Of a stretch of DNA of 64,000 bases, positions 41,532-54,919 are shown piece by piece. Each line of letters starts with the position of its first letter. Position 1 is the stretch's first letter. Under the pieces are notes generated by a model. The model did not search any database. It was not told the origin of the DNA and was given only the letters and a program-made list of their open reading frames with translations. A program made the position numbers and the translations under genes. This DNA comes from Ramazzottius varieornatus (lineage: Eukaryota; Animalia; Tardigrada), in the NCBI GenBank assembly GCA_001949185.1, contig BDGG01000004.1, positions 4,249,777 to 4,313,776 of the forward strand, given 5' to 3'.

Positions 41532-42629
41532 CCTGGCAGTGGCCAATGTTATCGGGGTGGCTGTCTAAACAGCTGATTTCCCGTTCTACCTACCCTTCGA
41601 CAACGATATTCCAGCGGCCGATCCAGAGGCACGCTACTGTGACGGAAAAGAACAAACCAAATACAGCCAGAAGCTCTCAAGGATAAATCTCCAATTTTTT
41701 CGTGCTCACAGGAGTCCTCAGGAAGTCAGGGGTTCGAGGAAGATCGGGAAGAAAAATGAAGATTTACTTCCATACTGGCTGAAATCAGTGGGACTGTGAA
41801 TAACGCGACACAGCATTCGCCCAACCAAACTCAGTTTTAATAGAACAATCAAAGTATGAAATGTGAACGAAAGTAAATTGATAACTTTCTTGCCGATGAA
41901 GCCGCCCGCACGGCTTGCAATCTCAAATATTCTGCACGAATGCCTACAAAAAATATGCAAGCCATGATGTAAAGCAGGCACATCGCACACCGAAGTCGCC
42001 GGAAGTGTACCCTATCTGCGGTTCCCGTCTCCCGTAAAAGAAAACGCTGAAAACAGTTTTCTCCATGCGCTGTCCGGTTCTCTCTGTATTGTTTCAGACC
42101 GTTAAAAAACTGAAAACTCTGGCAAAAGAAGAAATTTGGGTACTGAGTTGCGGATGTATGGTGCCGCAGTCCACATATCACTGCAAATGGCCACTGACAA
42201 CTCAGTAGTTCTGGAGGGTTTTTGAAATGCAACCCAGCTGGCATCCTAGTCCAACTAATATCAGTCAGTATGTTTCCTTCTCGATAAATAAGTTTCGATG
42301 TCCATCAAATGCTTACATCCGGCATCCCGGATCGGCTTTCAAACCTGAACTGACGAGCCGGTTTGTCCACTGGGATTTTACCAGACCTGCACTAGCGTTC
42401 GGCCCTAGGTACCGCGTCTAATATCGTATATCGAATGGAAAAATTGACTTCATCAACTTTTTTCCTAGTATTAATTCCGTTTTATTGTTTCCTAACCTGC
42501 AGGTGAAACTTCCAACCGAGTATGTCATATTGTATCATATTCCCGATCCACCATCCGGAAAGATCTGCCCGGCTCCGCCTGGATAGCTAGGCCCTGCCTG
42601 ACCCAGCCTGGGAAACCCGTATTGCGTGG

Positions 42630-43230
42630 TAGCTAGGGTTGTTAACGGATGGATCAGACAGTCATCCGGATGGATCAGATGCCGATCCGGAAAGCGGTCG
42701 GATGGACAGAACTCCCATCCGAATCGGTTGCCGATGGATGGGTCTTCTATCCGGATGATTCGGATTTTATTCGGATAAAAACTCGAAGCTTGGCTTAGAG
42801 ACTTACAGATGACACAAGGAATCTTAATTCGTAGGTTTTGACATGCTGTGTTGCCGGACAGTAAAGACGATATATTTTAATAATCCTCCGTCAACATAGT
42901 CTGCATATACTCAAAAATTAAATCCCACGACCTTAAATGACAAGACAGAGATTGGGTAAATAAAACTACGCTCAAAAGACAAGCTCGTAGGAAGAGTGCG
43001 AATTTCTGTCGGATTACCCGCTGGTGTATTGGACTGTTTGATTACGCGTTAGTAGTTTTGGTTCTGTCCGGATAGAAAGCCGGATGGATGAAGAGCTCAT
43101 CCGGATCCCATCCGGATGGATAGGATCTCTATCCGGTTAACAGCTGGATGGATAGAATGCCTATCCAATCCAACTTCTATCCAAATTCATCCGGATCCAT
43201 CCGATGTCGGATTGGATATTAACAGCCCTA
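42630..43230. mobile_element. hAT-like MITE with GGAT/ATCC subterminal repeats
   Basis: TIR TAGGGTTGTTAA / TTAACAGCCCTA; many GGATGGAT/ATCCGGAT motifs near both ends; near-TSD TTGCGTGG / ATGCGTGG (left copy offset by 4 nt). Confidence 0.8.
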
Positions 43231-43899
43231 ATGCGTGGTTTTAATGCGGGAGCACTCAACACTGTGCCGTCATTACACCTGAAAATATGGCGAAGTCGAG
43301 GTTTGGACAGGGATGCCAGCTACGGTTAAAATTCTACCACTTTATTTTTTTACCAAGTTCCTGAGCCGCAGGCAGTTCCGTAATCGTACATGACTCATGC
43401 ACAGAATCAGTCAGTTTATCGTTGTGCGTGCCGATGAAACGTGTTCGACTACTGAACTGCCCGCCGCTCCCTAACTGGCTTGAAAAATAAGCTGCCAGAA
43501 GTTCAACCTTAACGGCATTTTTAACCATAGAGACCTTTTGCAGTACAGCTGATCCAAGTTACTTAGACGAGTGGGTGAAACAGAAGAGTCGAGGACTTCC
43601 CTTTTCTCAAGGCTGATGTCGGTAGACGTTGGAGCCGGTAACGGTGTGATTTGAGTTCTTGGTGGTGAAATCGATCCGTGGACCGTCGTTCGATTCAATC
43701 ACGACTTTTCATCGCGACAGCCTCCCCTGTTCTTGACTGGAAGACTTTCCAGACAGCGAGACATCGATACTAGATTACACGACGCCGGTTATTCCCAAAG
43801 CCAATGCGATATTGTTTTTCTCCGGTGCGACAATGGAAAAGTCAAAACCGTCCAGTGATACAGTTTAAAGCGTCTTCTACGTGTTTATCAGCAAAGCTG

Positions 43900-45480
43900 A
43901 CTTAACAGCTTTCATAGTTTTCGAGATATAAAATTACGAAAATCGTTGGGACAGCTCCGAAGTAGCTTTTCCTGTCGTTTTTTGTAGCGCACAACCGGTG
44001 ACAGAAGGCGTGCGAGCTCCGATTTACTCACCGTTACTTTTTGGGCCGTAAAAACTAAAGATATACAGCCTTTGCATGGTACCGGCACTGCCAACATGGA
44101 GCTTTGTCTACCTTTTCAGCGCACATGTCTGATGTAGCAGATGTAATGATCGTAAATAGATTGCAATGTTTGGCGGTCAAGGGAAACAAGAATTAGACTA
44201 CCATTGCCGAAGTATTGTTGTAAAAGTGGCAAATCAATCAATTGACAATCCGGGCGGGGTCGTAAGGCGGTACAATCAAAGGCCTTGATTGGTACTTCCG
44301 GTGCAACCAGCTGTTTACCTCGTACACTTGCAACAAGTGTTTCTACGCCATCTCGCTTTCTCCAGTGATATTTTATGTGATATTTCGGCAATGGTAAGTC
44401 TTGAGCAGATGAAAGCATGTAAGAGACGGCATCGCGCACTGAACAATACTTTTACTGCAAGGAGCAGTCCCGTGTTCAGTCCATTCACGAGTTGGACAAA
44501 AAGTTTTAGTGGCTCGTGAACCAAGAAGAATTGCAGAGGCGGTAACCAAGACAAAATTTGGTTTTCCCTTGACAGTTTTGTTTTCTGTAAGCATGCATTC
44601 GACAAAATTCCCACTGCCTAAGCTGCCTCAAAATGTTGTCTGACCATATCCTTGAAGACCTGCTGGGAAATCAGTGGTTCTGACTTTATCCAAAGGCGCA
44701 TCTTTCGTAGCGAGTCAATCCACACTTAGACCAAGTGGTCACCTGATATTTCTAGAGGGGAGGAAAGACTACGAGCAACTTTGTTCGCGACATTTTGTTA
44801 GCAGAGACTGCCACGTTGAACATTGAAATTCCTGAAAATCTGGATTGTTGGTCCGTTGTAAAAGTGACTGCGATTAGCATGGTGAGATATACAATTTTGC
44901 GCGGTTCCGGTGCGCATGTTGTACAGAGGCAATAAACCTGAGTGAGGCAAGCGCGACGCCTCGCCAGGCGCATGACATACCTAAACTTGCACATCGGCTG
45001 CTTTGTTTCCAGAATGTCGCTAACTTACCAGGCAAAGCCCTGTATATCCACCCAGCTCAATATATCTTGGCGTACGAGCGCCAATTTTTACTGCAAAACA
45101 CGGTCTCCAAAGTGAGTTACTCTGCCATTTTCTTTTTCTTCTGCTCGAGCAGCATTGCAAGGCGCCGGTTGAGAAAACTATCACTTCGTGGACAAGGTTG
45201 TTCTCTACAGTAATAGGCGTTGGCTCTTGACCGACCGTACGAGTCGAAATACAGTAGTACGCGGCGAAACCATGATTGGCTTTGTGGGTCCACTGTTCTG
45301 CGTTCTTTCGCTTTGCAAGCCAGTAAATTTCAGTGTGACTATCGCTCCAACATACAGAAACTTTACACGGAAACGTTCCCTCTCTCCCGCATCTGATTGT
45401 TTCTCAGAAGAGCCACAATTCTCGATGACTTCCTCTGAAACATAAGAACGCCCAGGTACTCGTAAAGAAGGGACGCAGAA
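43900..45480 (-). pseudogene. Decayed coding sequence of unknown family
   Basis: After acceptor CCTCTAG (~44752) a protein-like frame runs about 280 codons with several stops and one frameshift (..SLRKMRLWIKSEPLISQQVF..LPPLQFFLVHEPLKLF..LPLPKYHIKYHWRKR..). Confidence 0.4.
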
Positions 45481-45693
45481 AAAGCTGAGCAGTTTTTGGA
45501 CTGTGAGTGGGTCGGGCCCCAGCGGCCCACTGCTCAACGCGTCACTGCCGGTGATCAAATATACCTGCGTCGCGGCCAGATTCACGCCCGCAGCCAGTCA
45601 AAACTGCAAAACCACAGCAGCACAGTGGCCTGCTCGTACACGAGCTTGCCTCACATTCGAGTCGGATTCGTGCTAGACGTTTGCGTTCCGAGT

Positions 45694-45806
45694 AGCTGCT
45701 GAACATCGTGCTGCACAAACTGATAGTAGTGCCCATCAACTAATCAACCTTATGTTCTGGCAGCAATCACGCAAATCAACTTTGTGCAGCACGATGTTCA
45801 GCTGCT
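45694..45806. repeat. Small inverted-repeat element (MITE-like)
   Basis: Perfect 22-bp arms GCTGAACATCGTGCTGCACAAA. Confidence 0.75.
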
Positions 45807-46386
45807 CGTCAGTGAATCTGATCAGCTTATCAAAGGCACCCCGCATCATTTAAGGCACTTTTTCGACCTTGTGTAAGGAACCTTCGTTGTCTAAGGTGGA
45901 AAACCGCGTATCGGAAAGGCTCTAAGATGGAAAAAGGCACCGCTATTGCAGGTGTGTACATGACATGACATATGACGTGACCAGAAAAAATTCCGAAAAA
46001 ATTTGGAGAAGGTGCATAGCCCTTCCAATGCGTACCGCAATGCCTGATGAGGTACGACTCAGAATCCTCGGAGGATTTATAGTCTTGTTCCGATTCCAGT
46101 GTACCGAGCATAAAATTTGTATAAAAATGATAGCACACGCAGGATGAAAATTATGGAACAGTAAAAACTATGGTACAGGTCTTTCCACTACGGCGGTCCG
46201 GGAGCGCGCACGTACGCGACCGATTCACAGTAATACATTTTTCGACAGTTTTCTACAGTCGAATTTCCATTTCGCCGTCCTTTCCGATTGTCCCATAATT
46301 TTTACTGCGCAATAATTTCTCGTCTGCGTGGACAGGAGATGAAAACTGTTAACACTCGGCTCATACTGCAGCTGTTACAGAAGCAT

Positions 46387-49231
46387 TCAAACATCTGATC
46401 CAACACCAACCACAGACGACACAGCCTTACGTTCAAAATCATCCACATCTGCAGGCGATTGATGCGCTTTCACTGCCAGCACCGTCTCGTTTTTAGAAGC
46501 CCGGCTTTTCACGGAACTAAGTTCAACAGTAGCTGTACTTGTACTTAGAGACCGAGAAACCGTAGAATGACCACTTTTATTCTCCTGCGTGGAACTTGGC
46601 AAGGAAGAGCTCGTCGAGGTCGATACCACATGTGCCACCATAGAAGATGCCGGTCTTAGTGTCGTTGATGTGATTGCCGAAGTGAGACCTATCAACGGCA
46701 GCGCCGAGCTGTTCGGGGGTTCAACATAGGCCTCTGAATGCGGCAGATCCGTCATGTTGGCGACGACGGGGGTCGCGAAGCCTTGAATTGTTGATGTCCC
46801 ATTGGTTCCCGGGATGATACAGTCTTCACTCGGTGGTGGATAGTGGAAGAAGTAGGCAACGAACCCAAAACCCAGACAGAGATGGAGGAGGAACACGACG
46901 ATGGCGGTCAGGACGGCCATAGCGCTGTGGTTGAAGTGCAGGTGGTTCCAAAAGACGTACGCCAGTATGATACCGGAGAGGGTGGCGGCTGTTAGAGCGA
47001 AGAGCCACTGAAGCCACACTATGTGAATCAACCACAGAAACTAAGATAAAAAACTATGCATTAATAAATTTAGTTTCCACGATGGAACCCAATAAAAATG
47101 CTTACTGAAACCGGGATGTACAGGAACATGGAATATCCGTAGAGGCATAAGGCGCCTGACAATTTCAGACTCCCGTGGCTGTTTCTCCACCAGAGGAATG
47201 TCCATATGCATATTGGGAGAATCCATACGTACAGAAAAATGGATATAGCTGCTGCCGTCACTGTGAACCAAAAGTAAAGTGAAGTTAGCCGAAGTTAATC
47301 CGAAATGGCAGTTCCGAAAAACAAGACAGAACTCTGTGAACACCTTTATGGAAGTCGTAGTGCCATTTGAAGCATTCACCGTAGTTCTGGAAATAACTGG
47401 CCAAGTTTCCCAAGACAGCGATGACAAAGACGAGCGTTGAGCTTATCCAGAACGGACCTGCAAGAGAACAGACAGTTTTTATTGCTGTTTGACTTATTTA
47501 ACGGTCCGACTGACTGAGAAAGTAACGGAAACTTTAGAACCGGAAGTGGATTGTACGCTGATGTACGTACCATATAAGTCCGGCTTAGCACCGATGAAGA
47601 CATCCACCGACTCGCTCTTCAGGTATCTTGGCCATGGAGCGAACGACAAGAATATTCTCCGCAGTACCTACGATCAACAGTGACAGTACATGAACCTGTG
47701 CTTCCAGAAGGGCTCAAGTCGATTCTGATTGATTATTCATACCTCGGTCGTGTCGACGTCAAAGAAGCTCTGCCAGAATTTCCAGGTCCACACGGGATGA
47801 TTCAAAACTGCAGAAGCCTGTAGCAACAATATCCATGTTACGGAACGCTGGTCAGGCCTCAAGCTACCTTGCTCTCATAATATAAGGTCTTTCAGTATGA
47901 AATTGCCGTTTTCCGAACGCTTATTTCAAACACTTTTATCTCTGGTCAGAACTCAGAAGCAATATTTCGATTCCCTCTTCTTTAATGAGCGTAGCATATG
48001 GTGTCTTATTTTGTCTAAGCGTGAGGAAGCTCCACTCCAGCCTCACGATAAATTGCTGGAGCTGTTTGCGTCTGTGGCGTAATTCTGAAAATTTTGACGT
48101 CTTTGTTACAAAATTCTTTTGTCGCCACCAGCGCTTCTAAAATCATAAACGTGACGTGGAAACGCACAGCGACAAGAAGGCTATTGATTACCCCTTACAG
48201 GTTTGACAAAACATGTCTTCGGAAAACTGCCAGGTGGAAAAACGAAGCTCAAAACCCTTAGCTTTATCTACAGAAATGTTCTTCTTCCCCCGGTCCGGGC
48301 AGAGCAGATTTTCCGAAAACTCACATAGTCATTGAAGATAACTTGGAACCCTCACCGCTAGTGTCGTTGTTTGAATTCATTACAATACGATCGAAGAAAT
48401 GGGCAACAGTCATCACCCCACTAAACTGGCGCACCTTCTCGGCAATTCACCACCTTCTTTTCAAACTTTTCTTCTTTTGTAAAATCCCGAAGAATTATTC
48501 TCTTGCTTTGTTTTCCGTTACTGATAGCCCAACGGTCGTACTACAAATGACCCTTTTCCTGGTGCGATGATGCAGCTGACTGTGCGGCAAAAAATCGTAA
48601 AATGGTTCTGGCTAGACAATCATGACTGCTATTCGAAAATTCTTCCTACGTCCGTTTTTAACGTTTCGAGTGGATATCATTAGCGAAAAGATATCGTCAC
48701 TGGAGTCCGACATCAGTTGAACTCGAAAAAAGATGTTACGACTTCGAAACGAGATTTGAAGTCCGACCCTAAAGAACGGCAATTTTGTACTGAAAGACCT
48801 TGTAGATAGGGGACTAATAATGGGTCGTAGGTTTGCGGACGCAAACATTAGCTCAGTCAAGCTTACTGCTGACGCCTGATTGTTGATTAGTTACCTCAGG
48901 AGGGACGACTGCATCCAGTGGGTTCCCAGGAAGCGCACTGGAATCGAATCCGAACCCGCTTTGTTGAGCAGGAGGATTAGATGCCCCAAATGAACCTCCA
49001 GCGTTGGCATTCGCGGAAGAAGCATACGACGTTGACGACGGATAAAAGTCGAAGTTCTGTGGCACTACAACCATAACAGTTCAAACTTTCAGTCTTTCAG
49101 ACTCCACCTCCATACTCCAGCCATCTCCCGTCTCTTCTCTATTGCGCGACGGTGTATGAAGATACGCGCTTACCATTTATCGTAGTTGATTTCGATTCGA
49201 ACGCAGAGGGCTTGAAGGGATTATTTTCCAT
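46387..49231 (-). CDS. YIPF1: Yip1-domain protein YIPF1/YIPF2
   Basis: WTWKFWQSFFDVDTTEVLRRI, KPDLYGPFWISSTLVF..GNL, WHYDFHKV, LCLYGYSMFLYIPVS, WLQW, HLCLGFGFVAYFF, then a long Ser/Thr-rich tail; GT-AG junctions phase-consistent. Confidence 0.92.
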
Positions 49232-49810
49232 CTTGACAGAGTGTACAGAAGCACGGATTCAATCTCAGACTGGTCGACGTCAATGAAACGTCCGTCACAG
49301 TTTCTCCCGTCGACTGGATCTGTCTAGAAGAACCCCTAAACTCCTTTCCTTCGACTACCGATATCGAATGAAAGTTGGAATATCTGCAGCGACAAGAACA
49401 TCGAGGGGGAATGTCACCCAGGAAAAAAACCAGGAGAAGTACATAATTTGAACCTGTTTTTCTTCAGTGATGGACGGTTGATTTACCCAGGGAGGCACAC
49501 TGCAGTGCTGCTAAACCCGCCTCCATATGAGACCAGCTGGTCATAAAATCTGGTAGGTCATGACGCAAGCTGTCCCACACGATAAGGCAGAGAAGGCACT
49601 GAGTTCGATTCGCCTTGTGTACATTTTCTTTATCATATTTAAGATCGTTAGATTCATTAGTACTCGAAAGTGCCTCAACGTAAGCCTAACTTTCAAGATT
49701 CGAGAAACTTGCCTGAATTAATACGAAGGAATGGAATAGACTATGTGAACAGCTGGAAAAACAAAACACAGAGAAATCCAACGGGGTAGAACAGTGCTTC
49801 GTTTGAAGAC

Positions 49811-50486
49811 GCTTGTTTCATCTGCTCATGGGTGGTACTTTTGGCCTCCTGGCCGCTCCATCGTCCATTTTTTATCGAATCTTCATTGGCCATAAGTCTT
49901 AGATCATTTTTGAAAGTAGCTTGCCGTTTCAGAAGGTTGAGATGAGCTTTCGATCATCCCGCTACCGGGCAAGATCAGCTGATAGGATCTCTGATCCCCG
50001 GTATGTGCGATCCACCACATAATCGTACGCGTGAACCAGTCCCGGATTGCCAGAACGCGGCATACCGGCTAATCGAAGATCCGCCGTCAATCAGTGAGAC
50101 GTNNNNNNNNNNNNNNNNNNNNNNNNNNNNNNNNNNNNNNNNNNNNNNNNNNTCAAGCTACGTTGCCGTTGATTACCTGATTGTGCATCCTTGGGGTGAG
50201 CACGTCTCACTGATTGACAGCTGATCGTTGATTGCCGCGTTCTCGCAACCCGGGACTGATTCACGCGTACGATTGTGTGGTGGATCGTACATACCGGGGA
50301 TCAGAGATCCTATCAGCTGATCTTCCCCGGTAGCGGGATGATCAAGAGCTCATCTCAACCTTCTAAAACGGCAGGTTACTTTCAAAAACTGATCTAAGAC
50401 TTATGGCCATTGAAGATTCCATAAAAGTTGGACGATGAAGCGGCCAGGAGGCCAATAGTACCACCCATGGGCAGATGAAACAAAGC
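49811..50486. mobile_element. Long-TIR (foldback-like) element spanning an assembly gap
   Basis: About 290-bp inverted arms (49811-50102 vs ~50203-50486) around 50 N at 50103-50152. Confidence 0.85.
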
Positions 50487-51051
50487 TTAACCAGTAATTG
50501 GCAGTAAAGGCAGGATTTCGGCACCTACAGTGTACGACAAAAATGCCCGTTAAAAATGGGTGTTGGATCGAACCAGATGGAAACAACCAATGTAATTTGC
50601 GCATACAGCAAACTTTAATTCTCATTGGCTGAACGACGAATAAAATCCAGCTGTAATACCATTCCGTTAATTCGCCAACACTGTGCGAGCTGGCGAATTG
50701 AGATCCTTCGAGCAGAGTGTTTCGAAGGATTTCAATTGTAGATGCGATTATCGAAATTCTTCCAGATTGCATAATTTTAACACCTGGCTTTTTCTGATGA
50801 AGCGCCAACACACAAAAGTGCCCTACTGTCCGCAACACTCGAATTGTCCGAACTCCGCTTTATGAAGCATTCCCAACTGAAAGCGCTTTGCTTGGAATTC
50901 CGCGTTGGGCAAGATAGGAAATACTCAGTGATGCAACGCCGGCTGCGGGCGGTGAAGGGTGCCCTCGGAGGCCCTGCTGCCCTCCCAATTGACGGCAATT
51001 GATGCAGAACCATCAGGCCCACCCGCAAACCAAATGTCCAAGAGGCAGTAG

Positions 51052-51336
51052 TCGGCGCTTGCGCCAACGCTAGACCGAAGTGGCAATAACAGAGGAAGGT
51101 ACTGGCGAACTAAACCCTGCCGGTACCACGCACGCGGCTACTGTAACAAAGGGGATGCCTGTAGCTTCTTGCACGTCCGTCCACAGAATACTCTAGGTGG
51201 GTCAGAGGCACTCGAGCGCCCGTCCCTAACGAGGCAGAATTCCGCAAATCGACGGAAATCTGCTGGAAATACCACATCGACTACTGCGGATGGCAAACCG
51301 AGTGTCAATACGCGCACGCCGTGTATCTCACCTTGA
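51052..51336 (+). pseudogene. CCCH zinc-finger gene fragment
   Basis: YWRTKPCRYHARGYCNKGDACSFLH = C-x7-C-x5-C-x3-H at 51118-51174; in-frame TAG at 51049-51051 upstream and no ATG after it. Confidence 0.65.
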
Positions 51337-54042
51337 CTCAAGTTTTCATAAACAGCTCGAAGCATAAAATACTTTCCAATCGCACCGCAGAAACGTTGGA
51401 TGTCCGACAGTTCAAACACTGGCAAATGCAGTGCTTGCCAGTGCTTGCCGAACCACAGTTTTCGGATGAATTTGTCGCAGTGGAAGTAGCCGGCAGGATG
51501 AGGCTATCCTATATACAGTTGTAATGGTGTACAAGCTGTTCGCTTCGCCTTCGGCTCGCTCGCAGCTTGTCTTAAAATAGATCTGCGGGTAAATTCAGTT
51601 TCGGGGTTTGTCGAAGGGAATGAGCTACAGTAGGATACTTGGATATTAGTTGAATACTGCAGATTTCGCTTAGTGCAGATCTCTGTGTTCGTGTGAGCCA
51701 TGATACATTAAAAACTCGCAAGGGACCAGCTTCATATTGCTTGGGAAGCATACGGTGATACTATATTACTTCCCACAATTTGTGTACGTCACTTGAGCAG
51801 AATCAACACTGACGGCGCATGACTGCCCTCCGCGTCAGAGTTAATTACGCTCTAGTGATGTACACAATTTTTGGGAGGTAATACAGTATGACTTTCCATG
51901 TAAAAACTCAGATTGGATGGCCACCGAGAACCCGTCTGCTGAAAGCTGAGGTCTCCTCTGGTTCTGCGTCGGAGCTTTGGCTAGTTTATTGGCAATAGCA
52001 CTTTGCGAAATAAAAGCGTTTTTAGAATTATCTAGATATACTGGGAAAAACACGACCTCTGCGCTCCTTTCATCGTTGTGCCTTCTGGGGATTCGCACAG
52101 GGTTTATTGAATCCTCTCAGACCTGGGATATCTCATACTTTCCCGGTAAGAAAACACTTCTTCTTTCAAGTAAAAATACGGATAGGTCTCGGTTTCAAAT
52201 GGGAGAGACGAAAGAGTTTCTAAGTTGTGTTATTCCAAGTTTGTTTGAGCGGACTGTAGCTTTCCGCTTTGATGTCAGACTCATGGAACTCAACTGAACT
52301 AGCAGTTATTACCATTAATCGAAATTCAGCTCGCGACAGCCATTAAAATTACATTGTTGTGGTCCATTCCTGAGACTCGGATGTTCATACAGTTATGTTT
52401 TCATGCAGCTAAAGTCTCTTGCTCCATGCGCGTACAACGCCCGTCAGATGTTTAGCACGAAGCACGCTAAACTCAACTCAGTGAATAGGGAAGCACCGAT
52501 TGATTAGGTACCGTAATGCCCCTCAAAAGATCGCGCGCACGATCATATTCGCGAAACTGCCCTTAGGGGATTGGTAGGAAAAATGACCGGCGTTCAACAC
52601 CGCGCGTATGGTGATGCACCGCGCGTGGCTCACGAAGCGATTCAGTAAGCCTCGGGCTTTCCTCCGTCGTGTGAATGCACAAGCGCACACTTATCCGCCC
52701 AATCAAGCTCCAGAAACAAGCAGACACCTCGAAACTTAACGCTCCCGAATGCTTTTCCGAATTCTACCGTGATAAGTTTGCCTAAAATCGATGTGCCCGA
52801 ATTATGTCGTTTACCTCGTACGTAAGATAGCGTTGGCAGTTCAACTTTGCCCTTGGGGTCCTAAAACTTAAAACTGGTTTCCTGAACAATCTGGTCAGAG
52901 ATCGGTTGTACTGGGAATGGGCCGCAGCTACCCAGATATTTTGTCGACATGACCAGATTTTAGAAACATTCCCTCAGAAGGCCATCATGGAAGCTGGGAC
53001 GCAGGGTTAGCTCACTAGTTAAAGGTGAAATACTGTAGGTTCCCAGTTCGGAAAGGTCCGCCGCATGGAACTGACAAACTCCTCCGGCAGACCTTCAACC
53101 AAGTCATCCACTGGCAAGTGGCAACATGTGCATGAGACTCATAAGTTAAAATTCCACAACACGGACTGCCGGTCCCTCCTGAAGGGCCGAATAAATGTAA
53201 GTTTGTCTTTCGCGGCCCAGAGACCTACTTTTCGCGGTTGCGGACTTTAATCGTTATTCGATGAATCTACGCAATGTGATCGGTGCAAAGCCACTTCTGG
53301 GTTTCGGTTTTCCGCAAATTTATTGTACGTGTTCCGTTTATCTGGTCTGAAATTTGGTATTTCGGTATTCATATTAAGCCCATAAATAATCCCAGGGACT
53401 TGTGAACCTCGATTACCAAGGCCTGTTTTATGAGCCTTCCATGCGACTGCACAGAACTTCGGAGGGAATACAGTGGCAGCCTTCGGTCCACTCACTCTTA
53501 CGATCTCGTGTTGTTTAACACTTACAGAGCGAAACTTTTCGTGTTTGCAAAATACTACCGTTCGCTTTGAGAGTACAGGATTCTGACTGACTAGGGCCGT
53601 CTGGAAGAAGCTGGCCGACCAATGAGCAAGCTTCGAAATTCCGAACCTTCGAAAATTGGCTGACCGTTGGTAGTAGATCTAGAGTGAAAAAGCCCTGCAC
53701 ATTTTGATTTATTCCGAGCGCCCTGATGATAACCTAACCGAACAAAGGTTCGAAAGAGGAATCTGTTCTCACTCCTCCAGTTTTTTTCCGGAGCAATGCC
53801 GTGTATGTGTCCACGCTAGAGAGACGAAATCCAAAACATCAGCAAAATCACCCGTCATCGTATAACTTTTTTTACCTTCGTTGGCCGCTGGTCATTAATC
53901 TCACTTTGGAGGAAGTCCGAGTCACGAGCGAACAAAAAAATCCCAAACCGAAAGACGAAACGCGAAATCTCGAATTCGAATGAAGCAATGTATTCACAAA
54001 TAATACTCCGTGCTATAGGTGTCACCCAGTAGAACCCATACA

Positions 54043-54919
54043 CTGAGTCCCATATTTATCTGTCCTCCCCCATCTTCGTTTCAAAACTTCACACCTTATT
54101 TCGCACTAACCCGATTTGATCTTCTGAACGTCTTTATAGAGATCAGTGTAGGAATCTTTACGACCACGTGACTTCCGTATGGATTAATCAGCAAATCAAC
54201 TGGCAGTATCATCCCTACGAACACCTAAAACTGCCTTGTTTCCGGCTCCGAATTGCGAGTGCTAGCGAGCAGATAGCACATCATGCTTGTCACTATTATG
54301 TAGCCCCAACATTAAGCTTTCAAGTAAGCCCATGTGAGAAATTTTGAAACTGCAGAAACAGTTTCGTTGACATACCTACATGCACATTTTGCCGCATGAA
54401 ACGCGCCACTTCATGGTTACCTTTCGACATCTTCCGTTTCGACTGACCGAATGACTCAAACCACAAAGTCTGATTATCTTTATGAAAGATGTCAGCATTT
54501 AAACGTAACTTGGCAGCGAGGATGTCGAAGACAAGGCGTCGTAAATATGCACCACCGAAAACAACCGAGAATACTTCCTGGTTGACACGACAACACAGCT
54601 TTTTCTGCATATCTGCAAAAATTTCTCACATGGGCTTACTTGAAAGCTTAATGTTGTGGCTACATAACAGTAACAAGCATGATGTGCTATCTGCTCGCTT
54701 GCACCCGCAGCTCGGTGCCGGAAACAAGGCAGTTTCAGGTGTTCGTAGGGATGATACTACCAGTTGATTTGCTTATTGATTCATACGGAAGTCACGTGGT
54801 CGTAAAGATCCCTACACTGATCTCTATAAAGACGTTCAGAAGATCAAATCGGGTTAGTGCGACATAGGTTATGAATTTTTGAACAAAAATGGGGGTGGAC
54901 AGATAATTATGGGGCTCAG
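54043..54919. mobile_element. Non-autonomous element with ~315-bp TIRs
   Basis: 54043-~54360 is the reverse complement of ~54600-54919 (e.g. GCACTAACCCGATTTGATCTTCTGAACGTCTTTATAGAGATCAGTGTAGG); TA on the right flank. Confidence 0.88.

Noticed and set aside
49540-49630. tRNA/SINE-like B box GAGTTCGATTC
   Set aside because: No cloverleaf or acceptor stem can be formed.
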